A stretch of DNA of 50,045 nt from Promethearchaeia archaeon (GCA_029856045.1 JAHQWG010000011.1:1-50045); one strand, 5' to 3'; shown: positions 9,354-20,333, numbered from the stretch's first letter. A program made the numbers and translations. The notes: a model not told the origin generated them from the sequence alone.

Positions 9354-10541
9354 TTAGATTATATCTAATTTTTTCCCGATTCTTTCAATGGCACCTAATG
9401 CATTATTTAAATCTTCCTTTGAGAGCAATGCATTCATCTGAACCCTTATTCTTGAGAGCTCTTTAGCAACCATTGGAAAGACGATTGGTGTTACGTAGAT
9501 CGATTCCTCAGTGAATAACAACTCACCTAGTTTTTGGGCTTTACCTGGATCTCCTACAATCAATGGAATTATTGGAGTTTGTGAATTTCCTGTATTGAAA
9601 CCCATTCCTTGAACTTCCTTTTTAAAATAATTTGTGTGATCCCATAGTTTTTTTACATGTTCTGGTTCATTTTCAACCACATCAACTGCAGCAAGGCAAG
9701 CCGCAACTAATCCGGGAGGATGAGCAGTACTAAGTAGATAAGTCCTGCTTTTATTGGTAATATATTCGATCAGATCTTTTGAACCTGCTACTGTTCCACC
9801 AAAAACACCAAAACCTTTACTCATTGAACCGCCTTCAATATGTACTTTTCCTTGTAATTTAAAATGAGCTACTATTCCTCTTCCTTCTCCCAAAACACCT
9901 TCACCATGACAATCATCAACAAACACCATTGCCCCATATTCTTCTGCGAATTTTGAAATTTCGTCTAATGGAGCAATATCACCATCCATCGAAAACACTC
10001 CATCCGTGATAATAAGGATTCTTCTTGCTCCACTTTTGTCTGCCTCTTTTAATTGTATTTCTAAGTCAGTCGCATCAGTATGTTTATACACTGCTCTTTT
10101 AGCACTTGTTAATCGTACTCCATCAATTATTGAGCCATGATTTAATTGATCAGAAATTACAATATCCTCTTTCCCAATCAACTGAGGAATAACGCCTGAA
10201 TTAACTGCATAACCCGTTTGACATAAAATTGATGCTTCAACTTCTTTAAATTTAGCAAACTTTTCTTGAAACTCTCTTGTTAAATCAAATGTCCCCGCAA
10301 TAACAGGAACTGCACCCGCACCGGCACCATATTTTTTAATTGCGTCGATTGATGCCTGCACAACTTTCGGATGTGTCGCAAGACCAAGATAATTATTAGT
10401 GTTGAGCATTAATACCTGCTTACCATCTACAACAGAGTGTGGTTTTGAAGAAGCTTCAAGGTGCCTTATAACCCAATTTAAATTGCTATCATAAATATTT
10501 TTTATTTCCTCTTTAAGAAATGCTTCTGGTTCTCTTTTCAT
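9354..10541 (-). CDS. kbl: Glycine C-acetyltransferase (2-amino-3-ketobutyrate CoA ligase)
   Basis: NNYLGL, SDQLNHGSIIDG, DGVFSMDGD, DDCHGEG, SMSKG, RIRVQ; divergent from a threonine dehydrogenase. Confidence 0.88.
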   Translation of the reverse strand: MKREPEAFLKEEIKNIYDSNLNWVIRHLEASSKPHSVVDGKQVLMLNTNNYLGLATHPKVVQASIDAIKKYGAGAGAVPVIAGTFDLTREFQEKFAKFKEVEASILCQTGYAVNSGVIPQLIGKEDIVISDQLNHGSIIDGVRLTSAKRAVYKHTDATDLEIQLKEADKSGARRILIITDGVFSMDGDIAPLDEISKFAEEYGAMVFVDDCHGEGVLGEGRGIVAHFKLQGKVHIEGGSMSKGFGVFGGTVAGSKDLIEYITNKSRTYLLSTAHPPGLVAACLAAVDVVENEPEHVKKLWDHTNYFKKEVQGMGFNTGNSQTPIIPLIVGDPGKAQKLGELLFTEESIYVTPIVFPMVAKELSRIRVQMNALLSKEDLNNALGAIERIGKKLDII

Positions 10542-10714
10542 TTAATCATCTTTTATTATTTTGATTTGTATTTGAAGAAAATTATATGTTTAAAACTTAT
10601 TTTCTGAAAGCATATAAGTTTTTCCAAAATTTAATTCATTAATATTTCTAAAAAATAAGTCATAAAGCTTTTTTATATGACTAACCTATGATTATTATCT
10701 AAATTTAATCCATT

Positions 10715-11674
10715 ATGAGGCAGATTAAAATTAAAAGAATTCTTGTAATAGGCTCATGTGGGCAAATTGGCAGTGAACTTGTTCCGGCACTTAGAGAGAA
10801 ATATGGGAGTGAAAATGTAATCGCAACTGGAAGACGGACGCCCCCACCTAAAAGCATGCGTGAATCGGGACCGTTCATCTATCTAGAAGCTTTGAATCGG
10901 GATGCCCTCGCAAAAGTAATCTATGAATATGAGATAAATATAATCTATCACATGGCTTCGATTCTTTCTGCAACTGGAGAAAAAATGCCCCAAACAGCTT
11001 GGGAGATAAACATGAATAGCCTTATAAATATTCTTGAAATTGGAAGAAAATATGAAATTGAACGAATAATTTGGCCAAGTTCAATCGCTGCTTTCGGGCC
11101 AACTACCCCGCGAGAAGATACTCCAAATGATACAATACTTCAGCCTACTACAATGTATGGTATAACAAAAGTTACCGGAGAACTGTTGATAGAATATTAC
11201 TTTAAAAAATATGGTCTTGACACTCGGTCGATGAGACTCCCAGGAATAATCAGCAGTGAAACTCCCCCTGGAGGAGGGACAACTGATTATGCTGTAGAAA
11301 TCTTCTATGAAGCTATCAAGAATAAGCGTTACACTTGCTTTCTCAAAGAAGATACAGTCTTGCCAATGATGTACATGCCAGATTGCTTAAAAAGCATGAT
11401 AGACCTAATGGAAGCAGATGCTTCAAAACTAAATCGCCACGTATATAATGTCACGGGTATGAGTTTCTCCGCAGGAGAATTGACAACTGAGATCAAAAAG
11501 CACATCCCAGAATTTGTAATTGAGTATAAACCAGATTTTAGACAAGCAATTGCTGATTCTTGGCCCAAAACAATCGATGATTCCTTAGCACGTGAAGAAT
11601 GGTCCTGGAATCCAAGCTATGATCTTGCATCAATGACAAAGGACATGCTTGAAAAACTCAATAAAAGATTGTAA
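10715..11674 (+). CDS. tdh: L-threonine 3-dehydrogenase, SDR/epimerase type
   Basis: GSCGQIG, LSATGE, PSSIAAFG, YGITK, PGGGTTDYAV, RQAIADSWP. Confidence 0.9.
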   Translation: MRQIKIKRILVIGSCGQIGSELVPALREKYGSENVIATGRRTPPPKSMRESGPFIYLEALNRDALAKVIYEYEINIIYHMASILSATGEKMPQTAWEINMNSLINILEIGRKYEIERIIWPSSIAAFGPTTPREDTPNDTILQPTTMYGITKVTGELLIEYYFKKYGLDTRSMRLPGIISSETPPGGGTTDYAVEIFYEAIKNKRYTCFLKEDTVLPMMYMPDCLKSMIDLMEADASKLNRHVYNVTGMSFSAGELTTEIKKHIPEFVIEYKPDFRQAIADSWPKTIDDSLAREEWSWNPSYDLASMTKDMLEKLNKRL

Positions 11675-11774
11675 ACGATACAACGATTTCTTGTTCTCCT
11701 TTAAAATCAACTCCATATTAAAAAAAAATAAAATTTTTATTTATAATTTCGGATTATATCTATTGAAGATATCT

Positions 11775-12098
11775 TTATTCGGGCATTGCTAGTCCTACTA
11801 ACGGCATTGCTTCTGTTCCTGACATAAAAACATTTGTTTCATAACTATATCCTTCGATTTCTGATAACATTAACTGACGTTTAGAAACAATTTCCATTGA
11901 TTCTTTAAATTTTCCTTCCTTGACTTCCAACATGGAAATACTATTCATACCATCCTTTGTTGCTCTCACTCCCACATCTAAAACCACTTTATAGAGTGAT
12001 TTATCACGAGGATATTTTTTCATAATCTCAATATATTTTTTCCCAATTTCAGCTGATTTGCCAGGTGGAAACCAACTATTTATCATAATTAATACCAT
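11775..12098 (-). CDS. Small conserved hypothetical protein (family member 1; possible dimeric alpha+beta barrel)
   Basis: WFPP.K..E.GKKY.E..KKYP...EG(Y/F).YE...EAM..VG..MPE shared with 12287-12607 and 47122-47442. Confidence 0.85.
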   Translation of the reverse strand: MVLIMINSWFPPGKSAEIGKKYIEIMKKYPRDKSLYKVVLDVGVRATKDGMNSISMLEVKEGKFKESMEIVSKRQLMLSEIEGYSYETNVFMSGTEAMPLVGLAMPE

Positions 12099-12286
12099 AT
12101 TTATAACCTCTTTTTAAATTTTCTTTAATAAAATTAGATTTTGTGATAAAGAATAATTTAATCGCTAAGTATTTATATCTTTACATTATTGTCAAACTAT
12201 AATTTAATTGATTCCTTCAAAAAAAAAGGAAAAAAAAAGAAGTTGGATAAAAAAGATATTTTCAATAATTAATTTTGAAAATATTT

Positions 12287-12607
12287 CTATTCGGGCATTC
12301 CCAGACCTACCATTGGCATAGCTTCTGCTCCTGATAAATAAGTTTCAATTTCATACCTAAATTCTTCAATAGCACCAAACATAAGCATACGTTTCATTTC
12401 AACATTTAGTAACTTTTCTAAATCACCTTTTTTAGCTTCAGTGATAGAAATGGTTTTCATACCATCTTTAGTAGCCTTTGCACCTATTAATAAAACAGGT
12501 TTTTCAAAAGATTCCGTAGGATATTTTTTCATAACTTCAAGATATTTTTTTCCAGCTTCAGCTGACTTGCTGGGTGGAAACCATGAAGTTACCATAACTA
12601 ATACCAT
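12287..12607 (-). CDS. Small conserved hypothetical protein (family member 2)
   Basis: Tandem paralog; start set at ATG 12607 (GAAGGT SD, aligns with the paralog N-termini). Confidence 0.85.
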   Translation of the reverse strand: MVLVMVTSWFPPSKSAEAGKKYLEVMKKYPTESFEKPVLLIGAKATKDGMKTISITEAKKGDLEKLLNVEMKRMLMFGAIEEFRYEIETYLSGAEAMPMVGLGMPE

Positions 12608-12860
12608 ATTTTTTACCTTCATTTATTTTTTTTTTTTATAAAATTGGATTTTGAAACAATGTATAAATTAAATTTGTAAGTATTTATACTTTTTACAATT
12701 TTAGATAAATATTCAAATAGTAAATTAAGAATCAAATGATATTATCAAGTAAATATAATTATACTGTTTTTTAAGAAATTAACAAAATTTATTATCAAAA
12801 CTTAATTTCTTTAAATAAATTGCTATTTGAAAATTAAATCTTACGATTAAATTTATTAAT

Positions 12861-14402
12861 TTGGTAATTATGAGCCAGAAAATGAATGTATTGTTTATAA
12901 TGACCGATCAGCAACGAGCCGATCATCTAAGTTGTGCAGGTAATCCTGTTTTAAAAACACCAAATATTGACAATATAGGAAAAGATGGTATTCGATTCAC
13001 CAATGCTTTTTGTGCTAATCCTATGTGTATGCCAAATAGAGCAAGCATGGTTACAGGGTTATATCCAATGGTGCATGGTGTTAGAAGCAATGGAATTAAT
13101 TTATCTACAGATGTTCCCACCTTGGCTAAAACTCTAAAAAAAAAAGGATATCATACAGCAGCTGTTGGAAAAATGCACTATCAATTTTGGACACCTCCGT
13201 ATAAAATGAAAACTAAATCAACAGAATGTATTGGTGATTGGTTCGCTGAGAAAGTAGGTAATAATCCTGTACGAGAAAATTTCCCTATTCCATATTATGG
13301 ATTTGAGGAGGTAGAAATGGTACTAGCACATGGTACCATGTGTAGTGGACATTACTTTGATTGGTTAAAAAAAAGAAATCCAAAATATATACCACATTTG
13401 AAAAAAAAATATCTGAAATTTTTAGATAAATTTTTTACGTTATTTTGTGATCTTGATTTATCGGAAGAGTATTATAATACAACCTACGTTAAAGAACGGT
13501 CTATTGCCTTCCTTGAAAGGTATGCCCATGGAGATTACGAGAACAAGCCATTCTATTTGCATTGTTCATTTCCAGATCCACACCATCCAGTCTGTCCACC
13601 AGGAAAGTATAAAGAAATGTACAATCCTGATAAAATTAATTTTCCTTCGAGTTTTAAAGATATCGAGAATTTACGTAATCATCCACATTTAGGACCAATT
13701 TTGGAGGACCCGGTTATTAGAGGGGCGATGTTGCGCGAATCAACGGAGGAAGAGGTTCGAAAGTTTATAGCTTTAACTTATGGATCATTAACCATGGTCG
13801 ATGATGCGGTAGGGGAAATTTTGACCTCTTTAGAAAAGTTAGGTTTGTCTGAAAATACAATGGTAATGTATACAAGTGATCATGGAGATTTAATGGGAGA
13901 GCATGGAATGTTGTTAAAAGGACCATGCCCTTATAATTGCTTATTAAACGTTCCTTTACTGTGGAAAGTGCCAGGATTGACAAAATCGTCAGTTTCAGAT
14001 TCTCTGGTAAGCTCAATTGACTTCACACCGACTATTCTCAACATTTTAAATATTAAAAAACGACATCAACCTCCAAATATGCAAGGTCTTGATATAACCT
14101 CAATTTTAGAAGATCCTAACAAGAAAGTTAGAGATTACTTTTTAATTGAGGAGGATGAAGAAGTTGGTCCATACGGTCCTCTTTACACAAGAGTAAGACA
14201 TTTAATTACAGATACCCATAAGCTAACAGTTTATGCAGAATTACCTGGATTTGGGGATTTATTCGACCGTAAGAACGATCCAGATGAAATAAATAATTTA
14301 TGGTATGATCAGAAAGAATTACAACGTAAAATGTTGGATAAAATCCTCCACGAAAGTCTTATGAGGCAGAGTCGTTATCCTAAAAGAGTTTCTGCAACAT
14401 AA
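12861..14402 (+). CDS. Cys-type (formylglycine) sulfatase, choline-sulfatase-like
   Basis: DQQRAD, CMPNRAS..TG (CxPxR), GKMH, DPHHP, TSDHGD. Confidence 0.92.
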   Translation: MVIMSQKMNVLFIMTDQQRADHLSCAGNPVLKTPNIDNIGKDGIRFTNAFCANPMCMPNRASMVTGLYPMVHGVRSNGINLSTDVPTLAKTLKKKGYHTAAVGKMHYQFWTPPYKMKTKSTECIGDWFAEKVGNNPVRENFPIPYYGFEEVEMVLAHGTMCSGHYFDWLKKRNPKYIPHLKKKYLKFLDKFFTLFCDLDLSEEYYNTTYVKERSIAFLERYAHGDYENKPFYLHCSFPDPHHPVCPPGKYKEMYNPDKINFPSSFKDIENLRNHPHLGPILEDPVIRGAMLRESTEEEVRKFIALTYGSLTMVDDAVGEILTSLEKLGLSENTMVMYTSDHGDLMGEHGMLLKGPCPYNCLLNVPLLWKVPGLTKSSVSDSLVSSIDFTPTILNILNIKKRHQPPNMQGLDITSILEDPNKKVRDYFLIEEDEEVGPYGPLYTRVRHLITDTHKLTVYAELPGFGDLFDRKNDPDEINNLWYDQKELQRKMLDKILHESLMRQSRYPKRVSAT

Positions 14403-14574
14403 ATTAAACCATTGTTCTAATTAATTATTTAAGAATTGTATTATAAAATGGAACTTAATTTAGGTTGTGTGTTATGATCAAATTTAAATAAAAGAGATAT
14501 TTTTTAAATGCTGAATGAAAAAAGATTTTTCATTTTTATTGGCTAAAAATATTTGCATACAATTCTATTAAGGG

Positions 14575-14946
14575 ATGAAAAAGGTGGATTATTGTCCTAA
14601 TTGCGGTGAAAAAGTAGAAGGGACAGAAATGTATTGCCCTTTTTGCGGATCTTTATTTCAAGAAACCGTTGAAATGAAGGAGAAAGAAAAAGAAAGAGAA
14701 ATTGTAGAATTAAAACAAAAAATTACCCAGTTAGAAAAACAAGTAGGGAGTTCGAAAAATACTGAAATAGAAATACTTAGAAGAAAAGTTTCGGATCTGC
14801 AGCAACAATTAAGATTACAAAAAATTCAGCAAGTAGAATTAAAACCAGTGGAAAAGAAGAAAAAAACAGATGAAGGATGTACTAATTGCTTATGTTGTAT
14901 AATTATTATAATTATTGTGGCAACAATATTTTATTTTTTATCGTAA
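14575..14946 (+). CDS. Zn-ribbon + coiled-coil, tail-anchored membrane protein
   Basis: CPNCG...CPFCG; heptad region; KKKK then CTNCLCC and a C-terminal hydrophobic helix. Confidence 0.75.
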   Translation: MKKVDYCPNCGEKVEGTEMYCPFCGSLFQETVEMKEKEKEREIVELKQKITQLEKQVGSSKNTEIEILRRKVSDLQQQLRLQKIQQVELKPVEKKKKTDEGCTNCLCCIIIIIIVATIFYFLS

Positions 14947-14958
14947 ATAAGTAATTTA

Positions 14959-15834
14959 TCATTTATATTTTAATAGAAAGTCCACTAGTTCTAGATTTTT
15001 TCTAAATAAATCATAAATATGCGTGCTTAGTTTACCTTTCATTAATTTTAATAATTCTTTGATATCGTAATCTGCTTCGCCAATTTCTTTTTGGATCTCA
15101 GGTAATAGTTCGAATAGTAATTGTTGATTTATAAGTTTACCATTATAGCGACGTCCTGCTAAATTACTCGCAAGAAATAAATATATTGGAGAAATTGCTT
15201 CAGGCGGATCTGCTTTAAGGCTTGTTTGTCCTAAATCTTTCATATCTTCTATCAACTTAGTTTGGATTGCTCCTGGCAAAATCACACTCACTTGAATATT
15301 GTTATAACCCACTTCTGCTTGCAGACATTTAGCCATTGCAGTAACAGCTGCTTTAGAGGCAGAATAAGCAACTTTATGGCCACTAAAATAAACATTTCCT
15401 TGAACCGAGGAGGTCATAATGATTTTTCCGCCACCATGTTCAATCATTTTAGGTAGGATTTGCTTAGTCATTACATAGGATGCCATGAAGTTTAGATTGA
15501 ATAATTTTTGAGCTTTTTCAAGGGGAAAATCGATTATAGTGGAATAATGGGTCATGCCAGCATTATTTACGAGAATGTCACATCTATTGAAATTTTTAAA
15601 ATACTTTTTAGCCAACTCTTTCATATTCTCAAGAACAGTTAAGTCAGTTGGAAAAGAAATACATTTTACGCCATAACTTGCAATTTCTTTATGAGTCTGA
15701 TCTAATTCATTCTTTTCAAGAGCCGTAATAGCTACATGAGCACCATTTTTCGCAAATTCAAGCGCAACAGCCCTTCCAATACCACGCCCTCCACCAGTTA
15801 CTAAAGCGTATTTTCCTTCCAGAAGTTTCATCAA
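14959..15834 (-). CDS. Classical SDR oxidoreductase
   Basis: TGGGRGIG, NNAG, YSASK, PG. Confidence 0.92.
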   Translation of the reverse strand: MMKLLEGKYALVTGGGRGIGRAVALEFAKNGAHVAITALEKNELDQTHKEIASYGVKCISFPTDLTVLENMKELAKKYFKNFNRCDILVNNAGMTHYSTIIDFPLEKAQKLFNLNFMASYVMTKQILPKMIEHGGGKIIMTSSVQGNVYFSGHKVAYSASKAAVTAMAKCLQAEVGYNNIQVSVILPGAIQTKLIEDMKDLGQTSLKADPPEAISPIYLFLASNLAGRRYNGKLINQQLLFELLPEIQKEIGEADYDIKELLKLMKGKLSTHIYDLFRKNLELVDFLLKYK

Positions 15835-15965
15835 ATCATTCTCTCCAGTTATTATACATTAATTGATAATTAAAATCAATTTTATCAAAATAAATTATTC
15901 TTTTTTAAAAAAATTGCTGTAAGATAAAAATTTCAGACGAAATTACCAAATCATTTTCAATAAAA

Positions 15966-16901
15966 TCATACACCTAATAGTAAAATTAAGATCCATAGAA
16001 GAGAAAAACTGATAACGATACTTAGATTCACTAACATACTAATTATCTTTTGGTCATACTCAAATTCTACAGAAAACGGAATAACTGCAATGCCTATTGG
16101 TAAAATTAAAGAAATTGTGATAACTACTCTATAGAGATGAGGAAATTGGTTAATAGGTAAGAGAAAAAACAATGAGAGACCAATAGAAAGTCCAAATAAA
16201 TAACGTATTAAGAGAACTTTCAAAATTACGTTCCATTCTGCTTTCTCAAATTTGAAACTCAAATAAATACCTAACAATAGTAATGTCAAAGCCGTGTTTG
16301 CTCTTGCAAAAATATCCAAAATATCTGTTATAAAAATTGGTATAATGATACCTGAAAAATTTATAGTAAGGGCTATGACATAACTCATTAAAGGTGCTGA
16401 TTTTAGTAAGCGTTTGGCAATATGTTTAAAGTCTACTTTTTTTCCTTCATTATTGAGTGTCGGTGAAAAAATGCAACCAACGATATAACAGAGAAAAAAT
16501 ACCATTAGAGCATTGCCTGCATCAACAAGAACAATATATTGTAGTCCTTCTTCGCCCCAAATCCCTTCAACTAATGGAAATGCTAAATGAACAACATTAA
16601 ACCCAATCACCGTCATTAATATTAGCCCTTTTATATTTCTCGGATAATTTCTAGATAAAATAAAGGCAATACCGAGTGTTCCAAAGCCAAAAATTATATG
16701 AATTAATGGTATTAAACTCAATGATAAATTAAATTCAATGGTACTTATTACTTTTAGAATAATTGCCGGTAATGTAACATTAAATATGATTTTTGCAATA
16801 ACCTTACCATTTTCTTCCTTGATTATATTCACTTTTTTTAGAATAAACCCAATTAAAATTATCGTTAATGATAAAAGGAAAGTATAATTTACATCTGCCA
16901 T
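15966..16901 (-). CDS. AEC (auxin efflux carrier)-family transporter
   Basis: About 10 TM; IFNVTLPA.I, N....FP....WG, L..LG motifs. Confidence 0.8.
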   Translation of the reverse strand: MADVNYTFLLSLTIILIGFILKKVNIIKEENGKVIAKIIFNVTLPAIILKVISTIEFNLSLSLIPLIHIIFGFGTLGIAFILSRNYPRNIKGLILMTVIGFNVVHLAFPLVEGIWGEEGLQYIVLVDAGNALMVFFLCYIVGCIFSPTLNNEGKKVDFKHIAKRLLKSAPLMSYVIALTINFSGIIIPIFITDILDIFARANTALTLLLLGIYLSFKFEKAEWNVILKVLLIRYLFGLSIGLSLFFLLPINQFPHLYRVVITISLILPIGIAVIPFSVEFEYDQKIISMLVNLSIVISFSLLWILILLLGV

Positions 16902-17126
16902 TTTTTATTATTCTAAATATTTTTTTGACTCAATAGAATTATTTAGAATAATTAAGTGGTCTATTAATTCATTTTCTTTTTATTTAATCCGTAAAACTTT
17001 TTATTTTATAGGCACATTTGGAAGAAAATAAAGAAGAAAGATGTAATAATTTAAAGGCTTTATCCGATAAAAAATTTTAAATAATGTCATCAGTAAATTA
17101 AATTATTAATATAAGAGATAGTAGAA

Positions 17127-18047
17127 ATGAAACCAAATCTTCTTTCAGAGAAAAAAGTAATTATAACCGTTGCGATAACAGGAGGAATTCATGGTAAATG
17201 GGCTAATTCTTCGTTGCCGATAACTCCGGAGGAGCAAGCCCAGGATGCTCTGGAATGTTATAATGCAGGTGCATCAATTCTCCATCTTCACGTACGTGGT
17301 CCTGATGGTCAAAATACAGCCGAAATAAAAGTATATAACGAAGCAGTAAAATTAATTGGTGAGAAATGCCCAATTATAAGACAAATCGGTAATGGAATTG
17401 GAGCTCGCCTAGAAACAACTACAACCATAACTAGATATGGTAGAAAAGCGGTAAAATCCATGATTGTGCAACCGACACTGGAAGAAAGACTGAATCTACT
17501 TACAATTGAGCCTATACCTGAAATGTTCACCATTAACGCAGGATCATTTGAATTTAGAACTCCTTATGGTGGGGGATTATTCAGTAACCCAATGGATTTT
17601 AATAGGAAATTTGTTAAAGGATGTAAAAAATTGGGTTGTGGTATTGAGATTGAAGTATATGATTTAAGCCATATTGCTAATGTTATGGAACTTGTCGATA
17701 AAGGCATATTAATACCACCTATGCACTTTAGCCTTGTCTTGGGAATTAAAGGGGGTGCTCCTGCAACTATAAAGAATCTATTAAGCATGGTTGAGCAAAT
17801 TCCCGAGGGATCAACGTGGCAAGTTGTTACGGTTGGCAAATTTCATTTACGAACCACTCTTATTGCTATGTCAATGGGGGGTAATGTTAGAACCGGACTT
17901 GAAGATACTATTTATTACCAAAAGGGGGTACCAGTAAAAAATAATGCACAACTAGTGGAGCGAATGGTTAGACTAGCCCAAGAAATAGGAAGAGAACCAG
18001 CTACAGTTGATGAGGCAAAGGTGATGTTAGGTTTAAAAAAGAGCTAA
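17127..18047 (+). CDS. Beta-keto acid cleavage enzyme (BKACE/DUF849, Kce-like)
   Basis: IIT.A.TG, P.TPEE, AGAS..HLHVR, RTGLED, N..LV.R. Confidence 0.9.
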   Translation: MKPNLLSEKKVIITVAITGGIHGKWANSSLPITPEEQAQDALECYNAGASILHLHVRGPDGQNTAEIKVYNEAVKLIGEKCPIIRQIGNGIGARLETTTTITRYGRKAVKSMIVQPTLEERLNLLTIEPIPEMFTINAGSFEFRTPYGGGLFSNPMDFNRKFVKGCKKLGCGIEIEVYDLSHIANVMELVDKGILIPPMHFSLVLGIKGGAPATIKNLLSMVEQIPEGSTWQVVTVGKFHLRTTLIAMSMGGNVRTGLEDTIYYQKGVPVKNNAQLVERMVRLAQEIGREPATVDEAKVMLGLKKS

Positions 18048-18065
18048 TATTTACGTAAGAGATTT

Positions 18066-18632
18066 TTACATAAAGAATAAATGTTCAATTAGAATTTGTA
18101 CTCCAATAATAATTAAAATAAGCCCGCCAATTAATTCAACTTTACCTTTAAGGAAATATCCTGCTTTTTTTCCTATAAGAACTCCAAGAACTGAAAATCC
18201 AAAAGCTATTATTCCAATTAATATTGCTGGAGTGAAAATAAAAATATCTAAAAATGCGAAGCTTAAACCAACACCTAAAGCATCAATGCTAGTAGCAATA
18301 CCAAATAAAAATAATATTGAAATTTTTAACGGATTAAATTTTTTATTTTCATCTGGTTCATCTTTTATTGCCTCGTAAATCATCTTAATTCCTATAAAAA
18401 GCAGTAGAAAAAATGCAATCCAGTGATCAATAATTGAAATTAAACTCGCAATAGAAATTCCTCCTAACCATCCTAAAAACGTAAATAATCCTTGAAAACC
18501 TCCTGTAAAAAGAGCGATTTTTAAGGCATGAGTTATTTTCACATCTTCTATAACTATTCCACTTGAAATTGACACAGCAAATGCATCCATAGCCAAGCCT
18601 ATTGATATTAAAATTAGTAAAATTAAATCCAT
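18066..18632 (-). CDS. mntP: Manganese efflux pump MntP
   Basis: LAMDAFAVS and ATSIDAL.VG repeated motifs; DHWIAF.LL. Confidence 0.9.
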   Translation of the reverse strand: MDLILLILISIGLAMDAFAVSISSGIVIEDVKITHALKIALFTGGFQGLFTFLGWLGGISIASLISIIDHWIAFFLLLFIGIKMIYEAIKDEPDENKKFNPLKISILFLFGIATSIDALGVGLSFAFLDIFIFTPAILIGIIAFGFSVLGVLIGKKAGYFLKGKVELIGGLILIIIGVQILIEHLFFM

Positions 18633-18772
18633 AAATCATCTTTAAAAATGGATTTTAATAAAAAAATTTTCCTAAAGAAAAATTATAGAAAATAACCATT
18701 CTTTAAAAAATGATTGGAACTAATCAATTGATAAATTGAAAAAAAAAATAATTAAAAATTAAAAAAGAAAAA

Positions 18773-20173
18773 TTATTTTGCCATTAATTCTGGATGTTTT
18801 TTCAATTCTTCTCTTATTTTCTGAAGTTTTTCTCCATGTAAGGTATAAAATTTCATGGTAACAATTCCGATAATAAGTGCAATTGCAGGAAATACAAATA
18901 TTAGTACTTTTAAGCCAATGATAGTTAATGCAGGATCGCTTGTTACCGGCGTATAAGTTTTATCCCAACCAGTTCCAGTGAAAACTAACCAAATAGTTAA
19001 CATAGTTATAATTATTCCTAAGCGATGGATAAAGGCATTAACTCCATAATAACTTGCAGATCTCTTTACTCCAAATTTAAGTGCATCTTCTTCTATTACA
19101 TCTGCATGTAATATATCCACGTAAAATAAAGCTCCAGATAATGGAATTCCGTTTAGAGCTGTAATAATAATTCCTAAAATGAGAAATTCTTCACCTGAAA
19201 CTAAAACAAATGGAAATAATGTGCAAATCCAAAGAGCCAATGTTACCATGAACGCATTTCGCATACCTAGTTTTGCTCCAAGTTTTCTATGTAAAGGCAT
19301 AATTAAAGCAGCAATTACGAATGCAAGCATTAACGATATTCCAATCAATATGGAATTACCTGAAAGTTCAAAAACATGTACAAAATATAAAGTTAAAATC
19401 GTCGGTAAAATGTTAAAAACATACCATACACATGTATTCGATATTACGAATTTTATGAATTCCTTATTTGTGAATGTAATTTTCAATGATTTGAGAAATG
19501 ATGGTCTTTTGTCAAATTGTTCTTTAACTTCTTCTTTTTCCTTAATACCCCATAAGAAAAAAGGTAATGACAATATTGCAGTTAAAATTGCTAGAACTAC
19601 TCCTGCAGTAATATAATTTAATTTAATGCCTTCAATTTCAGCGGGAGTTTCAGGAACTAATTTTGGAACAAGTATTGTAGGAAGAAGCGAAGCAATTATC
19701 AAAGCAACAACTGTTAATCCCTTTACGAATAAATTTACAGCGGCTCTTTTTTTTTCAGTAGGAAACATCTCGGGAAATAGTGCATTCACATTTACATCAA
19801 ACAGTGTATAAACCAATTCAAATAGAAAGATGATGAATAAGAAGTAGAAGGCTTCAATGCCAGTAGGAACACAAAACAGTAATATCATCATTAAACAGAG
19901 AGGACCTATTGAAAGAGTTAAATAAAATTTCCTTTTGCCCCATTTACCTTTTTGTTTTGTTCTATCTGACAATGCCCCTAAAATAGGATCATTTACTGCG
20001 TTCCATATTCCCCATAAAATATAAATAAGCGTCATCACGGTTAAATCGAGTCCAACTACAGTAAAATAAAACGTAAAAATTAAGAACTGAAAAGCTTGAT
20101 AAGTTAATTGGTCAGGTATAGCACTTAAACCGAAACTAAATTTATCTTTAAGACCTAAAGTATCTTCACTCAT
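18773..20173 (-). CDS. MFS transporter, GPH (MelB-like) family
   Basis: WNAVNDPI.G..SDRT, AD..E.D....G..R...YYG. Confidence 0.88.
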   Translation of the reverse strand: MSEDTLGLKDKFSFGLSAIPDQLTYQAFQFLIFTFYFTVVGLDLTVMTLIYILWGIWNAVNDPILGALSDRTKQKGKWGKRKFYLTLSIGPLCLMMILLFCVPTGIEAFYFLFIIFLFELVYTLFDVNVNALFPEMFPTEKKRAAVNLFVKGLTVVALIIASLLPTILVPKLVPETPAEIEGIKLNYITAGVVLAILTAILSLPFFLWGIKEKEEVKEQFDKRPSFLKSLKITFTNKEFIKFVISNTCVWYVFNILPTILTLYFVHVFELSGNSILIGISLMLAFVIAALIMPLHRKLGAKLGMRNAFMVTLALWICTLFPFVLVSGEEFLILGIIITALNGIPLSGALFYVDILHADVIEEDALKFGVKRSASYYGVNAFIHRLGIIITMLTIWLVFTGTGWDKTYTPVTSDPALTIIGLKVLIFVFPAIALIIGIVTMKFYTLHGEKLQKIREELKKHPELMAK

Positions 20174-20333
20174 TTTTTTTCTTTTCCTTTTTTATTTAAA
20201 ATTTTAATTAAATGATACTACTTTTTTTTGTATTTAAAATTATTGTAATAGAAAAAAGCCAATAGTAATATATTTATTATAAAAAATGCAATTTTTCATT
20301 AAACTAATTAATTTTATTAAAAGGAATATTGAA

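Noticed and set aside
18665-18684. Imperfect inverted repeat upstream of mntP (possible MntR/DtxR box)
   Set aside because: Nearly all A/T and imperfect; not distinguishable from background by eye.
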